The notes beneath the pieces are model-generated. The model was not told the DNA's origin. It saw only the letters and a program-made list of their open reading frames with translations, and made no database searches. A program made the position numbers and the translations under genes. Positions 11,601 through 20,796 of a DNA stretch of 64,000 bases are shown here, piece after piece (within the stretch, counting starts at the first letter, position 1; every line of letters begins with the position of its first letter). The stretch covers positions 32,001 through 96,000 of the IMG/VR virus record IMGVR_UViG_3300028384_001046; one strand, given 5' to 3'. This DNA comes from a virus.

Positions 11601-13750
11601 TTGATCAGGATATCGATGGCGGTTATGAAGATCATGGATTTATTAATGTTGATACGGATTCTCAAACAAGAGAACCATTTGGAAATCTTGATATTGAACA
11701 ACCACCAACCCTCACGATTACTAGATTCATTCCTCAATGGAATGGTTCTGGTACTATTGTTCCTTCTGGTACTGCAAGAGAAAGATTTATTACTTCGGAC
11801 GGCAATACCGTTCTCTTCGACTTTATTGGAACAACTTCTCCAGAGAAGTTCATTGCTCAGACTCCAGAAGATACAATTCTCCTCACCTTTGCTGGTGCAG
11901 CAGAAGATGAATCGGTAACCTTCAGCGAAGTTGGAATTGGAACCGCATACTTCTCTGATGCTGGTGTCGAGAGGGTTGAATTTGTCGAAATCGGAACTGG
12001 AATTCTTTCCTTCTCTGGTGAGGCAGTCGAGAGATCCTCTATGGATCCCCCAGAAGGAACATATCTCCACGTATTCAGTGGAGAAGATGTTGAACCTTCG
12101 ATTACCTACGCCTCTCAGGCAACCAAACCCACATTACGTTTGGTTGGTCAACTGGTTCATCCACAGATTGATTACACTCCACATTACGGTATTGATAGAA
12201 ATATTGGTATTGAGACTGGCATTACTCTTAACCCTGGAAGTTCTCCTGGAGAATATGGTAATCCTGGTATTGTCACTACCAGATTTATTCCAAATTATGA
12301 TGGTCTTGGCGTTATTTCTCTCAGTGGAAAAGCTATTGGTCGTACAAACGCACCAATCTTTACCTCTGGTACTATTCACATTCTCGGTGTTCACACCGCA
12401 GCTCAAGGAATCAGTTCTGGAAGAGAGACGGGTCTTACCGAAAGTTTCTCTCCTGGAACAATATTTGGTGGTCCTGGACAACTTACCTTCAAGGGAATTG
12501 CTCCAAATCGTCCGATTCAGGTCTTTGGTTATTACGGAGATGATAGAGATCCTGGTGCTGGTACATCTGGAGTTATTTCGATTGATCCTTCTCAGGAAGG
12601 AATCAAAATCAGATCTCTCGAAGATTATATCGGTGTTGGAACTGCATACTTCTCTGGAGCATATTCCGATCTATCTGCAACATTCAGAGAAATTGGAACG
12701 GGAGAACTCTACAAGTTCTCTGCTCTATACGAAAGAAGAACCTTCGATTATGTTGGTTCTGGCACACTTACTGCATCTGGAACAACAGATGCTGCAAGCA
12801 TCTTCCAGACTCCAGACAATACAGTTCTATTCACAGTTTCTGGAGAGGCACAAAAACTTGTCGCCCTCAAGGACGACATGGGTGGAACGATTTCCATCTA
12901 CAATACAGAAAAAATTGTTACTGGAATTACTCTTTCTATTGCAACTGAAGGCACGTTCAGTTTCTTTTCCAGTGGTGCGGAATCTATTGTCATTCCTTCA
13001 GATGCTACTACGGTTCTCTTCGATGTCGAAGGAATTGCCGATACCAGAGAAATTCAAGTCTACGGTTACTATGGAGATGATAGAGATCCTGGTACATCTG
13101 GAACTATCACAGTTGTTGGTGAACTTACACATCCACAGATTGACTTTACACCTGCAGAAACTGGATTTGGAGACATTTCTTTCTCAGGACAATCTAGCAT
13201 CAAGGCGCAACTTTCAGTTGTCGGAAAAGGAATTGCTACTCTTTCTGGATCTGCAACAGAAAAATTTGTCAGTGGCTCTGGATCAGATACAATTCTCTTC
13301 AACATCGATGGAGATGGAGAAACAGCTCTCAATTCTGTATATGGTTATTACGGAGACGACAAGGATCCTGGTACTTCTGGTCAACTCATATTCTCTGGAA
13401 TTGGCGACACAAAACCGATCCAAGTTTATGGATATTATGGAGACGACAAGGATCCTGGTACTTCTGGACAAATTACAATTTTTGGAAGACCTCTTGTCCA
13501 TCCAGAAGTCGATTATACCCCACATATTGGCAAAGACACTGCGATTTTATTCAAAATCGGTGGTGGTGTCAATATCCGAAGAACTTTTCCAGAAGTTATT
13601 GGAGAAGGATCTCTCTTTGGATTCGACTCTGGAGAAGAAGCATATGCAAGATCCACATATGTCGGCATCGGTGTTGCAAACTTCTTCTCGAATGCAGTCA
13701 CGGAAACTTTGGCATTTGAACCGTCTCGCGTATACGTTACTATCATTTAA
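8633..13750 (+). CDS. Large acidic Gly-rich repetitive virion/fibre protein (1705 aa)
   Basis: Long ORF among structural genes; internal repeats YGYYGDD(R/K)DPG x4, HP(Q/E)(I/V)D(Y/F)TP x3, FSQAPQST x2. Confidence 0.7.
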   Translation: MTVYVYDENKVDVFVAEDAGLVTASATITADYGNISDTADDDRGEDNFNPWYFGLITDLDDVLPFGNFEVGGEAEPLISPKIPGGGLFRIEDIAEVSYVTPWRGSGTLFEIGGGLERLVIPDLGAAGPSPSIYGQAHESNTFVEIGSGTLAQLSDEGATAKFNRYPWDASGTLTLSGYNSTQFPDDFIAVIKNVAKVKGTGPSRVIYDYSLDPDTEFDAENYGFVTQVQGGKFSDNDDLTFDRIITKRKDRSFSDNDLLENENYGDITVSTQEKVLPVDILPDDLANYEVSYSRTSILDSGSGTGATGGFDIGRHVKFGNDGGSREFYWRFDTTDSEYIKVTAIRGNDVNGGEDPDTTQESLYLDRWTGSSWIRIDTVIAFNDTSFNSLKEVSIPLTPTNRGNYFYRLRQDNSSGSASWDHYGITNITYDLRQTFPIDTEDDGIIPRKLGGGLFMHDYQATGIRAQESIPFAYLGLGSLFSLGELDPEKDVDQVFAYAGSGGFNVTGENFFSQAPQSTIFGEEGEFSFSGSAAEAFVPATVDNTVLFNQVGSADDRIIWQAGERKVTIRPIGFGSVLLSDTPPTNTATLSVSGEATSIQRTFVEENVSLFNISGDAGNPLDARFTPHFRSARGDIILPDEDWGLITNSATEFEDWGYIREVATTSLVFGDILSPFNYIQIGGQHYPSTDTFSVGESSFAKQTLGVTGIATFRLSEDSSLERTFDYESSGITGIATYKAGINIFGANWFSQAPQSTVFGLEGELTLSGSADESTTPFIEPQGTDGNFRFLTGSAEIVIDSVTRAIAPSVLGDVYIGGTADIRFSPAVTGVGIATFRQGREEFQTYLRIIDPDMDLVLTTIGGGLINEDFVKSYNESSIYYGPQDEDYGSILDAAAYGMGLNFSGAASDVETFDGETNTYDQDVLFSNNGLTYDQSTGGTSVLPSFDKTESYSVDFSTTVVSENLGTITEGIPIPGGKPYDQYLYPYYPGFIDQDIDGGYEDHGFINVDTDSQTREPFGNLDIEQPPTLTITRFIPQWNGSGTIVPSGTARERFITSDGNTVLFDFIGTTSPEKFIAQTPEDTILLTFAGAAEDESVTFSEVGIGTAYFSDAGVERVEFVEIGTGILSFSGEAVERSSMDPPEGTYLHVFSGEDVEPSITYASQATKPTLRLVGQLVHPQIDYTPHYGIDRNIGIETGITLNPGSSPGEYGNPGIVTTRFIPNYDGLGVISLSGKAIGRTNAPIFTSGTIHILGVHTAAQGISSGRETGLTESFSPGTIFGGPGQLTFKGIAPNRPIQVFGYYGDDRDPGAGTSGVISIDPSQEGIKIRSLEDYIGVGTAYFSGAYSDLSATFREIGTGELYKFSALYERRTFDYVGSGTLTASGTTDAASIFQTPDNTVLFTVSGEAQKLVALKDDMGGTISIYNTEKIVTGITLSIATEGTFSFFSSGAESIVIPSDATTVLFDVEGIADTREIQVYGYYGDDRDPGTSGTITVVGELTHPQIDFTPAETGFGDISFSGQSSIKAQLSVVGKGIATLSGSATEKFVSGSGSDTILFNIDGDGETALNSVYGYYGDDKDPGTSGQLIFSGIGDTKPIQVYGYYGDDKDPGTSGQITIFGRPLVHPEVDYTPHIGKDTAILFKIGGGVNIRRTFPEVIGEGSLFGFDSGEEAYARSTYVGIGVANFFSNAVTETLAFEPSRVYVTII
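10163..10897 (+). repeat. 24-nt perfect direct repeat TTCAGTCAGGCTCCACAGAGTACA (10163-10186, 10874-10897)
   Basis: Read directly from the sequence; encodes FSQAPQST twice. Confidence 0.85.
13352..13467 (+). repeat. 29-nt perfect direct repeat GGAGACGACAAGGATCCTGGTACTTCTGG (13352-13380, 13439-13467)
   Basis: Read directly; 87-nt in-frame period; diverged copies near 12530 and 13070. Confidence 0.85.
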
Positions 13751-13753
13751 GTT

Positions 13754-13761
13754 TATAAATA
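13754..13761 (+). promoter_or_regulatory. T4-type late promoter TATAAATA
   Basis: Exact consensus in the intergenic gap before 13795. Confidence 0.75.
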
Positions 13762-13794
13762 AATCAGAAGCATATCTTTCATGAGTTTTGAATC

Positions 13795-14253
13795 ATGACA
13801 AAGCAGGTTCAATTTAGAAAGGGAACTACAGCTGAACACTTTAACTTCACTGGAGCCCTTGCTGAAATTACTGTTGATACAGATAAAAATGTTGCTGTTG
13901 TTCATGATGGTGCAACCCCAGGAGGTTTTGAACTTTCAAAATCGAGATGGACTTACGTTGCTGGTGACACCGTAACTGGTACTAACCAAAAATATACGGT
14001 GGACTCAACATATAGTCCAACAGGACTGAATGTTACTCTTCCAACCCCCCGTGCAGTGGGTGACTGGGTTTGGATTGAAGACTTTGGTAATTTTATGAGT
14101 ATCAATCCAGTAAATATTATCTCGGATCAAGAATTTGAGAACGGACATCTCGTTAGAGAAAGCTCACCCTTTATTATGGATGTATCTGGAGCTTCCGTAA
14201 CATTCATTTGGAATGGAAGCCTTTGGAAAGTGTTCAACAATAGAGGCAGCTAA
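13795..14253 (+). CDS. Tail-associated protein with Mtd_N-like N-terminus
   Basis: VQFRKGTTAEHFNFTGALAEITVDTDKNVAVVHDGATPGG matches the major-tropism-determinant N-terminal motif. Confidence 0.7.
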   Translation: MTKQVQFRKGTTAEHFNFTGALAEITVDTDKNVAVVHDGATPGGFELSKSRWTYVAGDTVTGTNQKYTVDSTYSPTGLNVTLPTPRAVGDWVWIEDFGNFMSINPVNIISDQEFENGHLVRESSPFIMDVSGASVTFIWNGSLWKVFNNRGS

Positions 14254-14255
14254 CT

Positions 14256-14660
14256 ATGGCATTAACCCTAAGTAATTCTATTTCTGGTCGTTTTGAACCA
14301 TCAGAATCATCTGGTTTCTTCGTATATGCATTAAGAAGAGATGCAGAAAACATGCTGTACTTCTCCAAGGTTAGTGCTGCATCTACTGAACTAGGTGAGT
14401 TCTATCGTAACGACGGAACGGCAATTCCCGAGTTTGGTGACGGTATTGATTACGGTACATATGACGTTGGTGTTGGTAAAACATCAGTCATCCGTAATGA
14501 TATTGCTACTGAGAAAAAATCTTTAGATGATCCGAATGATAAATATCAACAGATCCGCTTTGACAGAAGGAACCTCTATTATTACATAGATGATGATGGT
14601 TTTTTCGTCATCAGGTTCAATGGACCAGATTATGATTACAACTCTATCGGACCCAAATAA
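14256..14660 (+). CDS. Hypothetical virion-associated protein
   Basis: FFVYALRRD...YQQIRFDRRNLYYYIDDDG motif; lies among tail genes. Confidence 0.55.
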   Translation: MALTLSNSISGRFEPSESSGFFVYALRRDAENMLYFSKVSAASTELGEFYRNDGTAIPEFGDGIDYGTYDVGVGKTSVIRNDIATEKKSLDDPNDKYQQIRFDRRNLYYYIDDDGFFVIRFNGPDYDYNSIGPK

Positions 14661-14679
14661 TAATTAAAAAGGAGAAACA

Positions 14680-17600
14680 ATGGCTGAGTTTAGACTTGGA
14701 AGAGTAAAATTCAACTGGACGGGCAACTGGGCACCTTCCAAATCCTACCTGATTGACGACATCGCCAAGTTTGGTGGCAATACTTATGTAGCGGTCGCTA
14801 ACCACACTTCCACGGCAAGCACTGCTAACTTCTATACCGACCTTGGAAATTGGAATCTACATATTGAGGGTCTGGAGCAAAGAGGCGAATGGACTACTGA
14901 TACTTATTACAGAGTCAACGATCTCGTCACTTATGCTAACGTAGTATATCGTGTTACTGAGGCACACACTTCTGTTGGTACATTTATCGATGAAACGAAG
15001 GTTGTTCAGTATGTCGCAGGATTTAATGCGGAAGGAGATTGGAGCTTAGAAGAAGATTACCAAAAAGGAGACGTTGTTAACTACAACGGATCGTCCTATG
15101 TTGCAATTACTACTTCCGTAGCAGGATTTGTTCCACCACAATTCATCGGTTTAGGAACAGGTAGCAAGTGGAATATTCTTGCTGATGGCCTTGCTGGTGC
15201 GGCAATCACATATACCGAGGGTACATACTATAGAGGCGATATGATCCTCTATGGTGGTAATACATATCGCCACAAGGTTGGTGTTACTACTAACGTTTCT
15301 CCAATTCAAGTTGGTTTGGGAAGTGTTGGTGATGCTGCTAGAGATGGCTCATCAACTTGGGATCTTTTGGTCAAAGGATTCAGTTTCGTTGGTAATTTCT
15401 CTACAACATTCGCATATCACCCAGGTCATGTTGTTAGATATGGATCTAACTCCTATGTCTCGGTTGGCAATTCCTTCGTAAATATTGACCCAGTTGTTGG
15501 TGTAGGCACCTATTGGGAGACACTGGCTGCTGGTGACTCCGCTGCTGCTCTGAACACTAAGGGTGATCTTCTTACCTATAACGGTGGTCCGGCTAGAATC
15601 GGTATTGGTTCTACTGGTTATGCTCTTGCAGTTCAGTCTAATGGACTACCTGGATACGAAATTGTAGGTAACCAGACTAGAATTTACTATGTTGACTCCG
15701 AGGATGGAATTGATACAAACAACGGTCTTGCACCTAACCTAGCATTTAGAACAATTAAACAGGCTTGTCGTTCTGCACGTCCTGATAACGCTATTACTGA
15801 TTTCGATTATACAGCTGCCACTGGTGTTGCGACAATCACATCTCCTGGTCACGGATTGGCTAACACTGGTACGTTTATCCAGTTGGCTGAAATTGAGTTT
15901 GAGTGTCTGTCTGGTGGTAATGTCTTCAACATCCTGGGCATGACCTACAACAAGTCTGTTGGTCTTGCAACTATCACGGCTATTGGTCTTGGTGCTGCTC
16001 CAGAAATCGGAATCGGTGCTACTGTAAGACTAAGAAACCTTGGTGTTTCGTTCACTGGTAACGCAAACTTCGATCACCAGTTCTCCAGTGCATTGGATGA
16101 TGCAGTTATCACTGGTGGTGATTATATCCACAACTTCGTTGCTGCTACTGCAGGTGCAGTCAACGTTGTGACTGGATCCCTTGCAGGTTCTCAGTTAACT
16201 CCAACAAACGCTGTTTACTCCGCAAATAGTGGTGAATTGGAGATCACAGTTGGTTCTCACGGCCTGTCTATTAGTGACACCATCAGCTTCGACGCCAATT
16301 CCATGACATTCACTTGTCAGATGGACGGTGGTACTGCTAATAAAACATATCCAAGAACAACTGACCCCGCATACGGCGTTAATCTTCCAATTAGTGCAAT
16401 TACTGCGAATACCTTCACAGTTAACGTTGGACCTTCTCCAATTGTAAACTTCAACGTTAGTGATGCAACATATAACCAGACCACTGGTGATATGACAATG
16501 ACCATCGGTATTCACCAACTTGATGTTGGCACATCGGTCAAACTTCTCACTGAAGGTCTGATCTTCAAGTGTTCCATGGATGGTTATCTAACCGACCACG
16601 CATATCCAAGAGCAACTGCTGGTGATGGTTCTCCTGACCCTGCATACAACACTGCTCTGTCAATTACTGCTGCAACAACTACCACCATCACAGTTAACGT
16701 TGGTACTGCAAGTTCTTCTCAGACAATTAACGGTAAGTTCCCTGCAGTTCACACTCAGGCATCTACCTTCCAGTTCCCAGTACAGGCTGTTCCTGATGCG
16801 AACTCTATCGTAGTTAACGTTGGTGCTTCTCAGACTGATTACCTCTACGTTTCTGGTGGTACTGCATTCGTTGGTGTTACTACAACTGTTTATCCTGATA
16901 AGGTTTCCAAGTCTTACTTTGAGGTTCTTCAGGTTATTGACGCTGACACCATCAGAACTAACGTTGGTATTTCTACTATCAACCACACATATGTAAGAGG
17001 TGGTCATCTAACTGACTTGACTCCTGCTATTCTGAAACTATCTGCTTCTCAGTTCTATGAGCAACTGCCAATCAAGGTTCCTCCTTTCACCTCGATTGTT
17101 GGTAACTCTCTAAGAGGTACTCAAGTTCTACCTGCTTCTGGTATTTCTGACGACAGTGTTACTCCTAACAACAGATCTCAGATGTTCCAAATGTCTGATG
17201 CAACTACGCTTCAGGCGCTTTCCATGAAAGGAATGGAAGGATTCTATTATGATCCACAAGCACCCTATGTACTCGATAATGCCAACCTAAGAACTGGTAT
17301 TGGTACTACCGCTTGTGGTGTTGTTTGTGCTCTAAACCCAGATTCTCCAATCAATAACAAGTCTCCTTACGTCAAGGATTGTACCGTATTCTCGGACAAT
17401 GCTTATGACTATGGTCGCTTCGGTGGTGGTGCAGTCGGCGTCTTCTGTGACGGTGGCGTCCATGACGAAGGTGCAAAATCGATGGTCTTTGACTCCTTCA
17501 CCCAGGTATCTTCTGATGGTGCTGGATTCATCCTCGACAAGAGTGCAATTGCTGAGATTGTCTCCTGTTTCACCTACTACTGTCAGTGGGGTTACTACTC

Positions 17601-19113
17601 TGGTGGTGGATCTAGAATCCGTTCTGTTGGTGGTAACAACTCCTATGGTGACTATGGTGTTATTGCATCTGGTTTCTCCACTGAGGAGACCCCAAGAACC
17701 GCAAGAGTCTTTGGTGCCCTGATGGCCGTTAATGGCGCTACTAAGGCAGGTACACTGGCAATCGGTGCTACCATGTTCGGTGCAACATCTGGTGCTCGTG
17801 GATGGTTCCTGAATGACCAAACTGCTGCAGATAAGATCTACTTCAAGTATCATCCTGGTTACGGTTCGGTTGGTCTTGGAACCACTGGATTCGTAGATGG
17901 TGAAGTTGTCTGGTTCGGTGATGGTGGTGAAAATGGTGCTGGTATTGGTTCCATCACGATGTCTGGTGTTACATCTTCTATCAGTGGACAAAAGGGTACA
18001 ATCCTTGAAGTTGATAATGTCTCTTCAACTCTATTGGTTGGTGACGCACTTGGATTCTCCACAACTTCTTACGGTGATGATGATCTCTTCTATATCATCA
18101 ATACCATTACAAATGTCTCTGCCGCGACTACGTACACGTATTACACGACGACTGGCATCGCAACCATAACATATCCAGAACGTGCTACATTGACCATTTC
18201 CCCAGAGAAATCTACTGGAACATGGGATACCAGAGAAGTTACTGGTGCAGGTTCTACTATTAGTATTAGAACTCTCTTCTCACAGTGTCGCCTAACAGGT
18301 CATGACTTCCTGAGTGTTGGTACTGGTAGTAAGGCAGAAACCAACTATCCTGATGTTGATCAAACTAGAATTATTCAGGGTAATGAAACTAATTACTTCG
18401 GTCCTGGTAAAGTCTTCTTTGTCTCTACTGACCAAGGTGGTAACTTCAGAGTTGGTCAATTCTTCTCCGTTGACCAGTTGACTGGTCGCGCCACCCTGGA
18501 CGCCTCCGCGTTCAACCTGTCTGGTCTGACTGAACTGAGACTGGGTGCAATTGGTGGTCAGGTCGGTGAGGCAATTAACGAATTCTCCTCTGACGAATTC
18601 ATGTCTGGTCTGTCCAATAATGCATGTCCTACTGAGGCTGCAGTTGCTGGATTCCTCCGCCACGGTTCGATGGGAACCAAGGCCATGACTCCTCCAGTTG
18701 GTACTACCGCTCAAAGACCTGGAGGCGTTGATGAAGAGTTCAACACTGGTGCTCTAAGATTTAACACCGATCTCGGTGCTCTTGAGTACTACAACGGAAC
18801 CAGTTGGATACAACCTGGAATTCAAGCTTATTCTACCGTGACTACTTCTGGATCAGTTGTATCTGGCACCACTTACTTTGTCAATACCAATGGCGGTCAA
18901 GTCACTCTAGATCTTCCCGCATCTCCTAATCTTGGAGATACCATTAGATTCTATGACGTTGCGAAGACATTCGATTCTAACAACTTAATTGTTGGACGTA
19001 ATGGAAAACTGATTCAGGGTGACGCTGCTAATATGACTGTTGCTCTTGAGGGTGCGTCATTTGAACTCACCTTCTCTGGTGACTCCTATGGTTGGAGACT
19101 GTTCTCCGTCTGA
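14680..19113 (+). CDS. Tail fibre / receptor-binding protein with five N-terminal CBM5/12-like repeats, internal repeats and a beta-helix-like region
   Basis: AGGAG RBS; repeats W-x5-Y-x2-(G/N/D)D-x-V-x-Y-x-G-x2-Y; duplicated (F)xCxMDG...YPR...DPAY...TVNVG units; STDQGGNFRVG motif. Confidence 0.75.
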   Translation: MAEFRLGRVKFNWTGNWAPSKSYLIDDIAKFGGNTYVAVANHTSTASTANFYTDLGNWNLHIEGLEQRGEWTTDTYYRVNDLVTYANVVYRVTEAHTSVGTFIDETKVVQYVAGFNAEGDWSLEEDYQKGDVVNYNGSSYVAITTSVAGFVPPQFIGLGTGSKWNILADGLAGAAITYTEGTYYRGDMILYGGNTYRHKVGVTTNVSPIQVGLGSVGDAARDGSSTWDLLVKGFSFVGNFSTTFAYHPGHVVRYGSNSYVSVGNSFVNIDPVVGVGTYWETLAAGDSAAALNTKGDLLTYNGGPARIGIGSTGYALAVQSNGLPGYEIVGNQTRIYYVDSEDGIDTNNGLAPNLAFRTIKQACRSARPDNAITDFDYTAATGVATITSPGHGLANTGTFIQLAEIEFECLSGGNVFNILGMTYNKSVGLATITAIGLGAAPEIGIGATVRLRNLGVSFTGNANFDHQFSSALDDAVITGGDYIHNFVAATAGAVNVVTGSLAGSQLTPTNAVYSANSGELEITVGSHGLSISDTISFDANSMTFTCQMDGGTANKTYPRTTDPAYGVNLPISAITANTFTVNVGPSPIVNFNVSDATYNQTTGDMTMTIGIHQLDVGTSVKLLTEGLIFKCSMDGYLTDHAYPRATAGDGSPDPAYNTALSITAATTTTITVNVGTASSSQTINGKFPAVHTQASTFQFPVQAVPDANSIVVNVGASQTDYLYVSGGTAFVGVTTTVYPDKVSKSYFEVLQVIDADTIRTNVGISTINHTYVRGGHLTDLTPAILKLSASQFYEQLPIKVPPFTSIVGNSLRGTQVLPASGISDDSVTPNNRSQMFQMSDATTLQALSMKGMEGFYYDPQAPYVLDNANLRTGIGTTACGVVCALNPDSPINNKSPYVKDCTVFSDNAYDYGRFGGGAVGVFCDGGVHDEGAKSMVFDSFTQVSSDGAGFILDKSAIAEIVSCFTYYCQWGYYSGGGSRIRSVGGNNSYGDYGVIASGFSTEETPRTARVFGALMAVNGATKAGTLAIGATMFGATSGARGWFLNDQTAADKIYFKYHPGYGSVGLGTTGFVDGEVVWFGDGGENGAGIGSITMSGVTSSISGQKGTILEVDNVSSTLLVGDALGFSTTSYGDDDLFYIINTITNVSAATTYTYYTTTGIATITYPERATLTISPEKSTGTWDTREVTGAGSTISIRTLFSQCRLTGHDFLSVGTGSKAETNYPDVDQTRIIQGNETNYFGPGKVFFVSTDQGGNFRVGQFFSVDQLTGRATLDASAFNLSGLTELRLGAIGGQVGEAINEFSSDEFMSGLSNNACPTEAAVAGFLRHGSMGTKAMTPPVGTTAQRPGGVDEEFNTGALRFNTDLGALEYYNGTSWIQPGIQAYSTVTTSGSVVSGTTYFVNTNGGQVTLDLPASPNLGDTIRFYDVAKTFDSNNLIVGRNGKLIQGDAANMTVALEGASFELTFSGDSYGWRLFSV

Positions 19114-19180
19114 TACGTGACTATCTTTATTATGATTTTTCTTTATCCTTCGTCTAAATAAAACTAATCTAGGATCGTAA

Positions 19181-19963
19181 ATGGCCAACTATAGATCATA
19201 TAAAAAAGTCACAGCGTCCCAGGTTCCTGATGGGTCTATCACCATTGAAAAACTCGCAAATGGTGTTGGACCCTCTTGGTGCGTAAAAACTTTCTATGGT
19301 GATCCAGGAGTTTGTACTCCTGGTTGTTGCTGTAACTGGACAGTACCAGCGGGAGTTGCTAAACTAACTTGGGAACTATGGGGTGCTGGAGGAAACGGAC
19401 ACGGAGCCTGTTCTTGTAGAAGATGCCATCACTATAGAGGTGCTGGTGGAGGTTCTTTCACAACCAAAACAATCGATACTACCCCAGGATGTTCATATAC
19501 AGTATGTGCTGCTGGAGTTTACAGATGTTGTTCACGAGAATGTGTAGGATGTTACGGATGTGCATCGTATGTTAATGGATATAACTTGACTAACTTCTGT
19601 GCAGTTGGTGGTGGTAGAGGAGAGGCTAATACAGATTGGTCCAACCTCTGTCATTCAACAATTGCTTGTTGCGTTCAACCTGGAAGTTATAATAGTGACT
19701 TTGGAATGAATGCACATTGGCCTGGATTCAGTGGTCACTGGAGTTGCCATTGTGGACTATCTGTAACTCAAACTTGTTCTGGTGGTGCTCCATTTATTGG
19801 AGTTGGTAATAAAACGTATTCTTCACACTGCTGGATTCGTTGTGGTTGCTGGTCCTCTCCATATGGTGCAGGTGGACAGGGTGCAATGACTTCATATTGT
19901 GAGAGATGCTGCGGACAAGGTGGTACAGGTGGATCTGGACTTGTAAGACTCACATACATGTAA
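19181..19963 (+). CDS. Cys-rich glycine-rich-domain protein, paralog 1 (putative tail-tip adhesin)
   Basis: 28 Cys in 260 aa by hand count; WTVPAGV...ELWGAGGNG...GAGGG...GGTGGSGLVRLTY skeleton. Confidence 0.7.
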   Translation: MANYRSYKKVTASQVPDGSITIEKLANGVGPSWCVKTFYGDPGVCTPGCCCNWTVPAGVAKLTWELWGAGGNGHGACSCRRCHHYRGAGGGSFTTKTIDTTPGCSYTVCAAGVYRCCSRECVGCYGCASYVNGYNLTNFCAVGGGRGEANTDWSNLCHSTIACCVQPGSYNSDFGMNAHWPGFSGHWSCHCGLSVTQTCSGGAPFIGVGNKTYSSHCWIRCGCWSSPYGAGGQGAMTSYCERCCGQGGTGGSGLVRLTYM

Positions 19964-19975
19964 TAGAGGGAATCA

Positions 19976-20770
19976 ATGGCTAGCTATTTAAGTTACAAAA
20001 AAATTCAAGGCGATCAGTTAGAGGATAATATCCTCGACGCTGCTAAGTTCTCCACATCCCCGACTTCCACGTTTGGAGTGAAGTGGATCTACGGGACAAT
20101 GTGTCGTTGTTCTCCTGGTTGTTGTTGTCTTTGGACTGTACCTACTGGAGTTAAGAAACTCTGGATTCAGGCTTGGGGATCTGGTGGTAATGGTGCAGGT
20201 GCATGTTCTTGTAATAGATGCCAACACTATAGAGGTGCAGGCGGTGGATTTTATAATAGTGTCATGATTGATACTGCTTCAGGATGTCAGTATCGTGTCT
20301 GTGCAGGTGGTGTATATCCATGTCTCTCTATAGAATGTTGTGGATGTATTGGTTGTGCATCATATGTTAATGGATATAACTTGAGCAACTTCTGTGCATA
20401 TGGTGGTTCATGTGGTCACGCTAATAGTAGTTGGTCAACCTCATGTAACGCAACTTGGCATTGCTGTGTAGCACCAACATCTAATGGTGGTCAGTTTGGT
20501 ATGGGTAATCTGCGTGACAGTTGGACCAATGGTGGATATTCCACTAACCGTGGCTGGTGTCACTGCTATGTTCAGATGACTAACCCAACTGCCGCTCCAT
20601 TTATTGGAACAGAAGTTATTCAATCTATTCGTGAGTGCTGGATTCGTTGTGGTTGCTGGATCGTTCCTTATGGTAATGGTGGACAAAATGCAATGACTAC
20701 CTATTGCGGACGTTGCTGTGGTCAAGGTGGTACTGGCGGTGGCGGTCTCGTCAAAATTACGTACTTCTGA
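19976..20770 (+). CDS. Cys-rich glycine-rich-domain protein, paralog 2
   Basis: 28 Cys in 264 aa; same CCC, CSCxRC, CHC, CWIRCGC, YCxRCCGQGG pattern. Confidence 0.7.
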   Translation: MASYLSYKKIQGDQLEDNILDAAKFSTSPTSTFGVKWIYGTMCRCSPGCCCLWTVPTGVKKLWIQAWGSGGNGAGACSCNRCQHYRGAGGGFYNSVMIDTASGCQYRVCAGGVYPCLSIECCGCIGCASYVNGYNLSNFCAYGGSCGHANSSWSTSCNATWHCCVAPTSNGGQFGMGNLRDSWTNGGYSTNRGWCHCYVQMTNPTAAPFIGTEVIQSIRECWIRCGCWIVPYGNGGQNAMTTYCGRCCGQGGTGGGGLVKITYF

Positions 20771-20796
20771 TAAATAACTATTAAATAGGACTCCTA

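Noticed and set aside
13352-13467. CRISPR-like 29-nt repeat
   Set aside because: Only two exact copies, in frame inside a CDS, not palindromic, and no cas genes.
11931-13784. 617-aa overlapping +1-frame ORF (also 10470-11420, 46784-47515 and similar)
   Set aside because: Stops in this frame need NTA/NTG codons followed by a purine in the real gene, which prefers CTT/CTC/ATT/GTT. The Leu-rich, motif-free product is the expected shadow of codon bias.
17332-18714. Antisense ORFs inside the fibre gene (similar ones in gp22, gp23 and gp45, e.g. 59367-60212)
   Set aside because: Antisense shadows of strongly biased genes with no recognisable motifs.
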